Positions 11,902 through 22,304 are shown, counted from the first letter of the stretch. The stretch: 64,000 nucleotides of DNA from an uncultured Actinomycetota bacterium (GCA_963766325.1 CAVXZF010000007.1:93706-157705); one strand, 5' to 3'. Numbers and translations: made by a program. The notes: generated by a model not told the origin, from the sequence alone.

Positions 11902-12518
11902 CCGCCCGCCGGATCGCGGTGGTCACCGCCGGCACCGGCCGGCCGTCGGCGACCCGGCTGCTGGCCGACCGGCTGGCCGCGGCCACCGGCCAGGCGCTGG
12001 CCGAGCGCGGCCTGGCCGCCGAGGTCGAGGTGGTCGAGCTGCGCGAGCACGCCCGGGGGCTGGCCGACCACCTGGTCACCGGTTTCCCCGGCGGCGCGCT
12101 GCGGGCGGCCGTGCAGACCGTCACCGGCGCGGACGCGCTGATCGCGGTCACCCCGGTGTACGCGGCGTCGTACAGCGGGCTGTTCAAGACCTTCTTCGAC
12201 CTGCTCGACGATGACGCGCTGGCCGGCCTGCCGGTGCTGCTCGCCGCCACCGGCGGCACCGCGCGGCACTCCCTGGTGCTCGAGCACGCGATGCGCCCGC
12301 TCTTCAGCCACCTGCGCGCCCTCCCGGTGCCGACCGCGGTCTTCGCCGCGCCCGAGGACTGGGCCGGCGGCGGCGGCGACCGCACCGACCCCGGGCTGGA
12401 CCGGCGGATCGCCCGGGCCGCCGGCCAGCTGGCCGACCTGCTCGCCGGCCGCCGCCCGGAGCGCCCCGCCGACCCCTTCGCCGACCCCGTCCCCTTCGCC
12501 CAGCTCCTCACCGGCTGA
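11898..12518 (+). CDS. NAD(P)H-dependent FMN reductase (partner of the LLM oxidoreductase)
   Basis: RIAVVTAGTGRPSATRLLA and VTPVYAASYSGLFKTFFDLL are typical of this family. ATG 11898 lies in an ATGA overlap. This is only the 3' end of the 1124-aa track ORF 9144-12518. Confidence 0.7.
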   Translation: MTARRIAVVTAGTGRPSATRLLADRLAAATGQALAERGLAAEVEVVELREHARGLADHLVTGFPGGALRAAVQTVTGADALIAVTPVYAASYSGLFKTFFDLLDDDALAGLPVLLAATGGTARHSLVLEHAMRPLFSHLRALPVPTAVFAAPEDWAGGGGDRTDPGLDRRIARAAGQLADLLAGRRPERPADPFADPVPFAQLLTG

Positions 12519-12829
12519 CGGACCACCACCGCGACTGACACGTTCCCACCGCGACTGACACGTTCCCACCGCGACTGACGGCGCTGCCGCCGTCAGCCGC
12601 GGGCGGGCGCCGTCAGCCGCGGGCGGGCGCCGTCAATCGCGGGCGGGCGCCGTCAATCGCGGGCGGGCGCCGTCAATCGCGGGCGGGCGCCGTCAATCGC
12701 GGACGGAGAGCGTCAGCCGCGAGTGGGGGGCGTCAGCCGCGAGTGGGAGGCGTCAGCCGCGGACGCAGAGCGTCAGCCGCGGGTGGGGGCGTCAGCCGCG
12801 AGTGGGGGGCGTCAGGCGGTGGAGGGGGT
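12514..12829. repeat. 20-bp-period tandem array: 4 units GCGRCTGAC.. then 12 units CGTCAGCCGCG+9 nt in the opposite orientation
   Basis: Read directly. The period is exactly 20 bp except for one 19-bp unit. The array fills the whole spacer between the convergent genes. Confidence 0.95.
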
Positions 12830-13354
12830 GACGGTCTCGGAGGGGGGTTTCTGAGCGAAGTCGCCGGCCTCGGACCGGACCGAACGCAGCGCGGTGAAGA
12901 CCGCCTCCCGGCTGTCCGCCTCCAGCCCGGACAGCCCGAAGTCGATCGCCATCAGGTCGGCGGTCGCCGCCTCGGCCACCACCCGGCCCTGCTCGGTGAT
13001 CGAGGCGAGCACGCCCCGCCGGTCCGCCGGGTTGGACCGCCGCTCGACCAGCCCGGCCGCGGCCAGTCGGGTGATCGCGTTGGTCACGCTGGTCGGGTGG
13101 ACCATGAGCCGACTGCCGATCACCTTCAGCGGCAGCACGCCGGCGGTGCTGAAGTGCAGCAGCACCAGCGCCTCGTACCGGGCGAAGGTGAGTCCGTGCC
13201 GCCGCAGCACCTCGTCGTACCGTGCGAGGAGGATCTGCTGGACCCGCATGACCGATGTGGCCACCCGCATGGCGGAGGCCGGCCCCCAGGTCCGCTCCCA
13301 GATCTCCCCCGCGCGTTCGATCGGGTCGAACGGCAGATCCAGCGGCTTGGGCAC
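12812..13354 (-). CDS. MarR-family transcriptional regulator
   Basis: Winged-helix pattern LTFARYEALVLL...MVHPTSVTNAITRLAAAGLVERRSNPADRR. GTG start. Confidence 0.8.
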   Translation of the reverse strand: MPKPLDLPFDPIERAGEIWERTWGPASAMRVATSVMRVQQILLARYDEVLRRHGLTFARYEALVLLHFSTAGVLPLKVIGSRLMVHPTSVTNAITRLAAAGLVERRSNPADRRGVLASITEQGRVVAEAATADLMAIDFGLSGLEADSREAVFTALRSVRSEAGDFAQKPPSETVTPSTA

Positions 13355-13388
13355 ATGCAGACAGTAACGGACCGGAGTATTGACACCG

Positions 13389-13414
13389 ACTGGTCTAGTC
13401 TGGTCTAGTCCACT
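13389..13414. promoter_or_regulatory. Two overlapping DasR-responsive-element (dre)-like boxes upstream of the chitinase gene
   Basis: ACTGGTCTAGTCTGGTCTAGTCCACT contains CTGGTCTAGT twice. The 16-mer TCTGGTCTAGTCCACT (13399-13414) matches the Streptomyces dre consensus ACTGGTCTAGACCACT at 14/16 positions. TTGACA at 13380-13385 lies just upstream. Confidence 0.6.
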
Positions 13415-13465
13415 TCATCCGCTGCCGCGACTCCGTTCAGCCCACGTCGTCCTGCGAGGAGCACC

Positions 13466-15394
<1,929 letters not shown>

Positions 15395-15412
15395 GCTAGC
15401 CGGGGGTCGACC

Positions 15413-15450
15413 GGGCCCGGGGAGGCGTGGCAGCGGACCTCCCCGGGCCC
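15413..15450. terminator. Bidirectional intrinsic-terminator-like hairpin between chitinase and meaB
   Basis: Perfect 13-bp GC-rich stem GGGCCCGGGGAGG / CCTCCCCGGGCCC with a 12-nt loop. Confidence 0.6.
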
Positions 15451-15481
15451 TCCCACGTCCGCGCCCGACCCCGGCGGGCCG

Positions 15482-16486
15482 TCAGGCGGTGAGCTCGGCG
15501 ACCAGGTCGTCGGCGGCCGCGTACGGGTCGAGCTCGCCGGCGACGACCCGGGCGGCCAGCGCGTCCAGGGCGGCCGACCCGTGCAGGTCGCCCATCCGGT
15601 CGCGCAGGGCGGCCACCGCGATCGCCTCCACCTCGGCGGCGGCGCGGGCGAGCCGGCGGCGGTCGCCCTCCCCGCTGGCGGCCAGCCACTCGGCGTGCTT
15701 GTCCAGGGCGTCCAGCAGCTCGTCGATCCCCTCGCCCTTGGCCGCGACGGTCCGCACGATCGGCGGCCGCCAGGCGCCGGGCTCGGAGTGCCGGCCGCCG
15801 AGCGACTGCATGGCCCGCAGGTCCCGTACGGTCTGGTCGGCGCCGTCCCGGTCGGCCTTGTTGACCACCAGCACGTCGGCCACCTCGAGGATGCCGGCCT
15901 TGGCGGCCTGGATGCCGTCGCCCATGCCGGGGGCGAGCAGCACCAGCGTGGTGTCCGCGGTGGAGGCGACCTGGACCTCGGCCTGGCCGACCCCGACGGT
16001 CTCCACCAGCACCACGTCGCAGCCGGCGGCGTCGAGCACCCGGACCGCCTGCGGGGTGGCCCAGGCGAGCCCGCCCAGGTGGCCGCGGGAGGCCATCGAG
16101 CGGATGAAGACGCCGGCGTCGGTGGCGTGGTCCTGCATCCGGACCCGGTCGCCGAGCAGCGCCCCGCCGGAGAACGGCGAGGACGGGTCGACGGCGAGGA
16201 CCCCGACCCGGGCGCCCTGCTTGCGCAGCGCGGTCACCAGCACCGCGGTGGAGGTCGACTTGCCCACCCCGGGCGAGCCGGTGAGGCCGAGCACCCGCGC
16301 CCGGCCGGCGTGCGGGGTGAGCGCGGCGGCCACCTCGCGCAGCGCCGGGGAAGCGTCCTCGACCAACGAGATCAGCCGCGCGACCGACCGCGGGTCGCCC
16401 TCACGCGCCCGCGCCACCAGCGCAGCCACGTCCACCCGGCGGTTGCGCCGACCGGCCGGCGCCGCCGCGGGCGCACCTTCGCTCAC
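15482..16486 (-). CDS. meaB: Methylmalonyl-CoA mutase-associated G-protein chaperone (MeaB/ArgK)
   Basis: P-loop GSPGVGKST and VVNKADRDGA (NKxD). Confidence 0.85.
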   Translation of the reverse strand: MSEGAPAAAPAGRRNRRVDVAALVARAREGDPRSVARLISLVEDASPALREVAAALTPHAGRARVLGLTGSPGVGKSTSTAVLVTALRKQGARVGVLAVDPSSPFSGGALLGDRVRMQDHATDAGVFIRSMASRGHLGGLAWATPQAVRVLDAAGCDVVLVETVGVGQAEVQVASTADTTLVLLAPGMGDGIQAAKAGILEVADVLVVNKADRDGADQTVRDLRAMQSLGGRHSEPGAWRPPIVRTVAAKGEGIDELLDALDKHAEWLAASGEGDRRRLARAAAEVEAIAVAALRDRMGDLHGSAALDALAARVVAGELDPYAAADDLVAELTA

Positions 16487-16504
16487 CGGCAGGACGCTAC
16501 CGAC

Positions 16505-17692
16505 TCACGGGGCCGGGACGCGGAGGATGAGCGCGTCGCCCTGCCCGCCGCCGCCGCACAGCCCGGCGGCGCCGGTGCCGCCGCCGCGCCGGCGCAGCTC
16601 CAGCACGGTGTCCAGCACGATCCGGGCACCGCTCATCCCGATGGGGTGACCGAGGGCGATGGCCCCGCCGTTGGGGTTGACCTTGTCCGGGCCGAGGCCG
16701 AGCTCGCGCATCGACTGGATCCCGACGGCGGCGAACGCCTCGTTGATCTCGACCACGTCGAGGTCCTCGGTGGTCAGCCCCTCCCGCTCGAGCGCCTTGC
16801 GGATCGCGTTGGCCGGCTGGGACTGCAGCGAGTTGTCCGGGCCGGCGACCACGCCGTGGGCGCCGATCTCGGCCAGGATCGGGGCGCCCAGCCGCTCGGC
16901 CGCGGCCCGCGACATCACCACGACCGCGCAGGCGCCGTCGGAAATCTGCGAGGACGTGCCGGCGGTGATGGTCCCGTCCTTGGCGAACGCGGGCCGGAGC
17001 CGGGACAGCGACTCGACGGTGGTGTCGGCGCGGATGCCCTCGTCCTCGCGGAACTCGATCGGGTCGCCCTTCCGCTGCGGGATCCGCACCGGGACGATCT
17101 CCTCGTCGAACAGCCCGTTTTTCTGGGCCGCGGCGGCCCGCTGGTGCGAGCGCGCGGCGAACTCGTCCTGCTCCTCGCGGCTGATGTCGAGCCCGGCGTT
17201 GTGCCGCTCGGTCGACTCGCCCATCGCGACGTGGTCGAAGGCGTCGGTGAGCCCGTCGTGCGCCATCGCGTCGAGCAGCTGGACCGACCCGTACTTGAAG
17301 CCCTGCCGGGAGCCGGGCAGCAGGTGCGGCGCGTTGGTCATCGACTCCATGCCGCCGGCGACCACGACCTCGAACTCGCCGGCCCCGATCAGCTGGTCGG
17401 CCAGCGCGATGGCGTCCAGCCCGGACAGGCAGACCTTGTTGATCAGCAGCGACGGGACGGTCATCGGGATGCCGCCGGCGACCGCGGCCTGCCGGGCGGG
17501 CATCTGCCCGGCGCCGGCCTGCAGCACCTGGCCGAGGATGACGTAGTCGACCTGCTCGCCGGTGATGCCGGCCCGCTCCAGCGCCGCCTCGATCGCGATG
17601 CCGCCGAGATCGGCGGCCGAGAAGTCCTTGAGCGAGCCCATCAGCCGCCCCATCGGGGTCCGGGCACCGCTGACGATCACCGATCCGGGCAT
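16505..17692 (-). CDS. Acetyl-CoA C-acetyltransferase (thiolase II)
   Basis: Thiolase sequence throughout, e.g. [12 protein letters not shown] (active-site Cys) and the C-terminal [14 protein letters not shown]. Confidence 0.9.
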   Translation of the reverse strand: MPGSVIVSGARTPMGRLMGSLKDFSAADLGGIAIEAALERAGITGEQVDYVILGQVLQAGAGQMPARQAAVAGGIPMTVPSLLINKVCLSGLDAIALADQLIGAGEFEVVVAGGMESMTNAPHLLPGSRQGFKYGSVQLLDAMAHDGLTDAFDHVAMGESTERHNAGLDISREEQDEFAARSHQRAAAAQKNGLFDEEIVPVRIPQRKGDPIEFREDEGIRADTTVESLSRLRPAFAKDGTITAGTSSQISDGACAVVVMSRAAAERLGAPILAEIGAHGVVAGPDNSLQSQPANAIRKALEREGLTTEDLDVVEINEAFAAVGIQSMRELGLGPDKVNPNGGAIALGHPIGMSGARIVLDTVLELRRRGGGTGAAGLCGGGGQGDALILRVPAP

Positions 17693-17800
17693 GACCGACC
17701 TCCCCGAGCACGAGCGCTGGTATTTACGCCGACTTTACCGGCGGGGCGGCGGCGGCCGGCTGTGACGCCGCGCACCGTGCCCGGGCGGTACGGTTCGTAC

Positions 17801-18214
17801 GTGTTCACCCGAGTCGACCACGTCGGCATCGCCGTCCCGGACCTGGACGAGGCGATCGCCTGGTATGCGAAGACCTTCGAGCTGCGCTCGGTGCACGAGG
17901 AGGTCAACGAGGAGCAGGGCGTCCGCGAGGCGATGCTCGCCGTCGGCGACGGCGAGACCCGCATCCAGCTGCTGGCGCCGGCCCGGCCGGACTCCACGAT
18001 CGCCAAGTTCCTGGACCGGTCGGGGCCGGGCATCCAGCAGGTGGCGTACACGGTCGAGGACGTCGAGGCGGTCGCGGCCACCCTGCGCGAGCGTGGCCTG
18101 CGAGTGCTGTACGAGACCGCCAAGCGCGGCACCGCCGGGTCCCTCGTCAACTTCGTCCACCCCAAGGACGCCGGCGGCGTCCTCGTCGAGCTCGTCCAAC
18201 CCGCCAGGACGTGA
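17801..18214 (+). CDS. mce: Methylmalonyl-CoA epimerase (VOC family)
   Basis: VFTRVDHVGIAV...EVNEEQGVREAML...GIQQVAY...FVHPKDAGGVLVELV. GTG 17801 was chosen because homologues start M-x-T-R-I-D-H-I-G. Confidence 0.8.
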   Translation: MFTRVDHVGIAVPDLDEAIAWYAKTFELRSVHEEVNEEQGVREAMLAVGDGETRIQLLAPARPDSTIAKFLDRSGPGIQQVAYTVEDVEAVAATLRERGLRVLYETAKRGTAGSLVNFVHPKDAGGVLVELVQPART

Positions 18215-18813
18215 GGCTCCGCCCGGTCGGGTGGGGGGCGGTGCTGGTCGAGGTGGACTCGGCCGGAGAGGTGCGGGCCGCGTACGAGCGGCTGGTGGGG
18301 GCGCGGGCGCGCGGGGAGCTGCCCGGGGTGGTGGAGCTGGTGCCGGCGGCGCGGACCGTGCTGGTGAGCGGCGACGTGCCGGACCTGCAGGGGCTGCTCG
18401 CCGACCTCGACCCGGCCGCCGAGGAGCCGGGCGGGGCGCAGGTGGAGGTCCGGGTCACCTATGACGGGCCGGACCTGGCCGAGGTGGCGCGGCTGGCGGG
18501 CTTGAGCGAGGACGACGTGGTGCGGCGGCACGCGGGCGCGGACTACACGGTCGCATTCTGCGGGTTCGCCCCCGGCTTCGGTTACCTGACCGGGCTGCCG
18601 GCCGAGCTGCAGGTGCCGCGGCGGGACACCCCGCGGACCGCGGTGGACGCCGGGGCGGTGGGGATCGCCGGCGAGTTCGCCGGGGTCTACCCGCGCCGCT
18701 CCCCCGGCGGCTGGCAGCTGCTCGGCCGTACGGACGCGGTGCTCTGGGACCCCGAGCGGGACCCGCCGGCTCTGCTGGCGCCCGGGACCCGGGTGCGCTT
18801 CGTGCCGGCATGA
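18211..18813 (+). CDS. pxpB: 5-oxoprolinase subunit B / allophanate hydrolase subunit 1 (PxpB, KipI family)
   Basis: GFAPGFGYL and GIAGEFAGVYPRRSPGGWQLLG motifs. The GTGA overlap with the mce stop indicates coupling. Confidence 0.75.
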   Translation: MRLRPVGWGAVLVEVDSAGEVRAAYERLVGARARGELPGVVELVPAARTVLVSGDVPDLQGLLADLDPAAEEPGGAQVEVRVTYDGPDLAEVARLAGLSEDDVVRRHAGADYTVAFCGFAPGFGYLTGLPAELQVPRRDTPRTAVDAGAVGIAGEFAGVYPRRSPGGWQLLGRTDAVLWDPERDPPALLAPGTRVRFVPA

Positions 18814-18901
18814 GCGAGTCCGAGAGCCCGCAGGGCGAGCGGGGAGCGACGAGGACCGGCCGGCCGGCGCACGCGCCTGCCGGCCTGTCCGAGGAGCGGT
18901 C

Positions 18902-19750
18902 ATGAGCCTGACCGTGGTGCGGGCCGGGCCGCTGACGACCGTGCAGGATCTGGGCCGGCCCGGGCATGCCCACCTCGGGGTGCCGCGGTCCGGCGCCGCC
19001 GACCGCCCGGCGCTGCGCCGGGCCAACCGGATGGCCGGCAACCCCGAGGGCGCCGCGGCGCTGGAGACCACGCTGGCCGGCGTCACCGTCCGGCTCGACG
19101 AGGAACGCTGGGTCGCGGTGGCCGGCGCCGAGGCCGGCCTCACCGTCGACGGGGAGCCGGCCGGCTCGCCGGTCCTGGTCCCGGCCGGGGCCACCGTGAC
19201 GGTCGGCCGGGCCCGCCGCGGGCTGCGCTCCTACCTCGCCATCGGCGGCGGCCTGGATACACCGGCCACGTTGGGCAGCCGCAGCACCGACCGGCTGTCC
19301 GGGCTCGGCCCGGACCCGCTGCACGACGGCGACACCCTGCCGCTCGGCCCACCCACCGGGCCCGGGGCGGCGGAGCCGGATCCGGAGTTGCCCGTGGAGC
19401 CGGTGCTGCGGGTGCGGCTCGGGCCGCGGGCGGACTGGTTCGCGAGCGCCGACCCGCTGACCAGCGGCCCGTACGAGGTCCGCCCGGACAGCGACCGCGT
19501 CGGCCTGCGGCTGGCCGGACCGGCGCTGACCCGGGCCCGGTCCGGCGAGCTGCCGAGCGAGGGGCTGGTGCCGGGCGCGATGCAGGTGCCGGCGGACGGC
19601 CGGCCGGTGCTCTTCCTCGCCGACGTGCCGACCACCGGCGGCTACCCGGTGGTCGGGGTGGTCCACCCGGACGATCTCTGGCTGGCCGCCCAGGCCCGCC
19701 CAGGGGCCCGGCTGCGCTTCGACGTGGTGCCCGACCACGCTGTGGAGTAG
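18902..19750 (+). CDS. pxpC: 5-oxoprolinase subunit C / allophanate hydrolase subunit 2 (PxpC, KipA family)
   Basis: N-terminus MSLTVVRAGPLTTVQDLGRPGHAHLGVPRSGAAD and the C-terminal TTGGYPVVGVV motif. Confidence 0.75.
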   Translation: MSLTVVRAGPLTTVQDLGRPGHAHLGVPRSGAADRPALRRANRMAGNPEGAAALETTLAGVTVRLDEERWVAVAGAEAGLTVDGEPAGSPVLVPAGATVTVGRARRGLRSYLAIGGGLDTPATLGSRSTDRLSGLGPDPLHDGDTLPLGPPTGPGAAEPDPELPVEPVLRVRLGPRADWFASADPLTSGPYEVRPDSDRVGLRLAGPALTRARSGELPSEGLVPGAMQVPADGRPVLFLADVPTTGGYPVVGVVHPDDLWLAAQARPGARLRFDVVPDHAVE

Positions 19751-19772
19751 CTCACGGACCCCTCGTCTCGAC

Positions 19773-19791
19773 CGCTACCTGCCGGTAACGT
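19773..19791 (+). promoter_or_regulatory. Motif CGCTACCTGCCGGTAACGT upstream of ccr (near-identical copy at 32116-32134)
   Basis: 18/19 identity between the two copies. Contains a TACC-N4-GGTA dyad and a TANNNT-like TAACGT. It ends 30 bp before the ccr start. Confidence 0.35.
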
Positions 19792-19820
19792 CCGCAGCCC
19801 CGACGCCGGGAGGTGCCGCC

Positions 19821-21164
19821 GTGTCCGACGACGTCAAGGCGATCCGCGACGCGATCCTTGCCGACGAGCTCAGCGCGCTGGGCGACCTGCCGGTGCCGGA
19901 TTCGTACCGGGGGATGGTGGTCCGGGAGTCCGACACCGGGATGTTCGAGGGGCTCGCGACCCAGGACAAGGATCCGCGCCGGTCCCTGCACCTGGACGAG
20001 GTGCCGACCCCGGAGCTCGGCCCGGGCGAGGCGCTGGTCGCGGTGATGGCCAGCGCGGTCAACTACAACACCGTCTGGACCTCGATCTTCGAGCCGCTGG
20101 CGACCTTCGGCTTCCTGCGCCGCTACGGCCGGCTGTCCGCGCTGACCAAACGGCACGACCTGCCGTACCACGTGGTCGGCTCCGACCTGGCCGGTGTGGT
20201 GCTGCGCACCGGGCCCGGGGTGACCAGGTGGGCGGCCGGCGACGAGGTGGTCGCGCACTGCCTGTCGGTCGAGCTGGAGGACGCCGCCGGGCACGACGAC
20301 ACGATGCTCGACCCGCAGCAGCGGATCTGGGGCTTCGAGACCAACTTCGGCGGCCTGGCCGAGATCGCGCTGGTCAAGACCAACCAGCTGATGCCCAAGC
20401 CGGCCCACCTGACCTGGGAGGAGGCGGCGGTCCCGGGCCTGGTCAACTCGACGGCGTACCGGCAGCTGGTGTCCCGGCACGGCGCCCAGATGAAGCAGGG
20501 CGACACGGTGCTGGTGTGGGGCGCCTCCGGCGGCCTGGGCTCGTACGCGACCCAGATGGTGCTCAACGGCGGCGGCATCCCGGTCTGCGTGGTGTCCTCG
20601 CCGGAGAAGGCGGAGATCTGCCGGCGGATGGGTGCCGAGCTGATCATCGACCGGGCGGCCGAGGGCTTCCGGTTCTGGAAGGACGAGCGGACCCCCGACC
20701 CGGACGAGTGGAAGCGCTTCGGCGCCCGCATCCGCGCGCTCACCGGCGGCGACGACCCGGACATCGTCTTCGAGCACCCGGGACGGGAGACCTTCGGGGC
20801 CAGCGTCTTCGTGGCCCGCCGCGGCGGCGTCATCGTCACCTGCGCGTCCACCTCCGGGTACGAGCACGAGTACGACAACCGCTACCTGTGGATGCACCTC
20901 AAGCGGATCGTCGGCTCGCACTTCGCGAACTACCGCGAGGCCTGGGAGGCCAACCGGCTCATCGCCAAGGGGCTGATCCACCCGACGCTGTCCAAGTCGT
21001 ACGCGCTCGCGGAGACCGGGCAGGCGGCGTACGACGTGCACCGCAACCTGCACCAGGGCAAGGTCGGCGTGCTCTGCCTGGCGCCGGAGGAGGGGCTCGG
21101 GGTGCGTGACCCGGAGCTGCGGCAGCAGCACCTGACCGCGATCAACCGATTCCGGGACGTCTAG
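19821..21164 (+). CDS. ccr: Crotonyl-CoA carboxylase/reductase
   Basis: 447-aa MDR-family protein with the Ccr-typical N-terminus (DKDPRRSLHLDEVPTPELGPGEALVAVMASAVNYNTVW) and the WGASGGLGSYA nucleotide motif. Confidence 0.85.
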   Translation: MSDDVKAIRDAILADELSALGDLPVPDSYRGMVVRESDTGMFEGLATQDKDPRRSLHLDEVPTPELGPGEALVAVMASAVNYNTVWTSIFEPLATFGFLRRYGRLSALTKRHDLPYHVVGSDLAGVVLRTGPGVTRWAAGDEVVAHCLSVELEDAAGHDDTMLDPQQRIWGFETNFGGLAEIALVKTNQLMPKPAHLTWEEAAVPGLVNSTAYRQLVSRHGAQMKQGDTVLVWGASGGLGSYATQMVLNGGGIPVCVVSSPEKAEICRRMGAELIIDRAAEGFRFWKDERTPDPDEWKRFGARIRALTGGDDPDIVFEHPGRETFGASVFVARRGGVIVTCASTSGYEHEYDNRYLWMHLKRIVGSHFANYREAWEANRLIAKGLIHPTLSKSYALAETGQAAYDVHRNLHQGKVGVLCLAPEEGLGVRDPELRQQHLTAINRFRDV

Positions 21165-21207
21165 GACGACTCGTCCGGGGTGCTTGCCTCCCGGCTCGGG
21201 TGGGACG

Positions 21208-22212
21208 ATGGGGGCCATGGATCGCCGCGAGCAGCAGACCGAGCTCCTGCCCCTGCTGGAGGGGGCCAGCACCTTCGACGTCGTCCTGCGCGGGTACGAC
21301 CGGCATCAGGTGCACGAGCACGTGGAGCGGCTGGAGGCCGACCTGCGCATCGCCGTCGCCGAGCGGGACGCGGTGGCGGCCCGCAGCGCCGAGCTGGCCG
21401 GCCAGGTCGCCGCCGCCCACGCCGAGATCGACGCCCTGCACGCGCGGCTGGACCAGGCGTCCGCCGCGCCCGCACTGGAGGATGTGAGCGACCGGATCCG
21501 GTCGATGCTCTCGCTGGCCCAGCAGGAGGCGGCCGAGATCCGCAACCGCGCCCAGCACGAGGCGACCGAGCTGCAGTCCCGCTTCGACATGCTCGACCAG
21601 GAGGTCGTCTCCCGGCTCAGCTCGGCCGAGCGGAGCTCGGCGGAGAAGCTGACGGCGGCCGAGCAGCGGGCCGGCGCGGTGCTGGCCGAGGCCGAGCGCA
21701 GGGCGTCGGCGCTGGTGGCGGACGCCGAGCAGCGCTCGGCGGCACTGCTGGCGGAGGCCGAGCACCGCTCGGCCTCGCTGACCGAGGAGGCCGAGCGGCT
21801 GTCCACGGAGGCGCGCACCAGGGCGGCCACGATCACCGCGGAGGCGGACGAGCGGCGCCAGCAGGCCGACGCCGAAGCGGAGTCCAAGCGGACCCAGGCC
21901 AGCGAGGACTTCGAGATCGCGCTGCGGCTGCGGCGGACCCAGGAGGCGGAGGCCGACGAGAGCCGCCGGGCCGAGGCCCGCCGGGAGGCCGAGCGGCAGC
22001 GGGCGGCCGCGGCCAAGGCGGCCGAGGACCATGTGAGCGCGGCCCGGGCCGAGGCCGAGCGGATCGTCGGCGAGGCCCACGCGCGGGCCCAGGAGCTGGC
22101 CACCGTGCGGACGACCGTGCTGAGCCAGCTGTCCGCGGTGCGCAGCATCCTGGACCGCGTGCCGGCGGCCGCGTCGGCGTCGCTGGAGGAGTGGCCGGCC
22201 CGCGAGCGCTGA
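21208..22212 (+). CDS. Coiled-coil protein with DivIVA-type N-terminal motif (FilP/Scy-like cytoskeletal family)
   Basis: FDVVLRGYDRHQVHEHVERLEADL followed by ~300 aa of Ala/Glu/Arg heptad-like repeats (AEAERRASALVADAEQRSAALLAEAEHRSASL). ATG 21217 is an alternative start. Confidence 0.6.
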   Translation: MGAMDRREQQTELLPLLEGASTFDVVLRGYDRHQVHEHVERLEADLRIAVAERDAVAARSAELAGQVAAAHAEIDALHARLDQASAAPALEDVSDRIRSMLSLAQQEAAEIRNRAQHEATELQSRFDMLDQEVVSRLSSAERSSAEKLTAAEQRAGAVLAEAERRASALVADAEQRSAALLAEAEHRSASLTEEAERLSTEARTRAATITAEADERRQQADAEAESKRTQASEDFEIALRLRRTQEAEADESRRAEARREAERQRAAAAKAAEDHVSAARAEAERIVGEAHARAQELATVRTTVLSQLSAVRSILDRVPAAASASLEEWPARER

Positions 22213-22304
22213 CCCGGCGCGGGTTCCGAGCCGCGCACCGGCGGGCAGGATCCGGCCGCGCCCCCGTACGCTCCCCGCGGCGGGGGCCGACAGGGAGGCA
22301 CGCG

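Noticed and set aside
9144-12518. 1124-aa plus-strand ORF
   Set aside because: Only its last 206 codons (from ATG 11898) form a recognisable FMN reductase. The upstream part is antisense to icmA and out of frame with the LLM gene.
12514-12829. Possibility that the regular repeat arrays (also 24845-25040 and 63277-63581) are CRISPR arrays
   Set aside because: The units abut one another with no unique spacers. The period is 20 bp, too short for repeat plus spacer. The orientation flips within each array. No cas genes or leader sequence are present.
18814-18901. 88-nt gap between pxpB and pxpC as a possible small gene or RNA
   Set aside because: It has no convincing ORF, SD or stable hairpin. 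It may simply reflect an upstream alternative start of pxpC.
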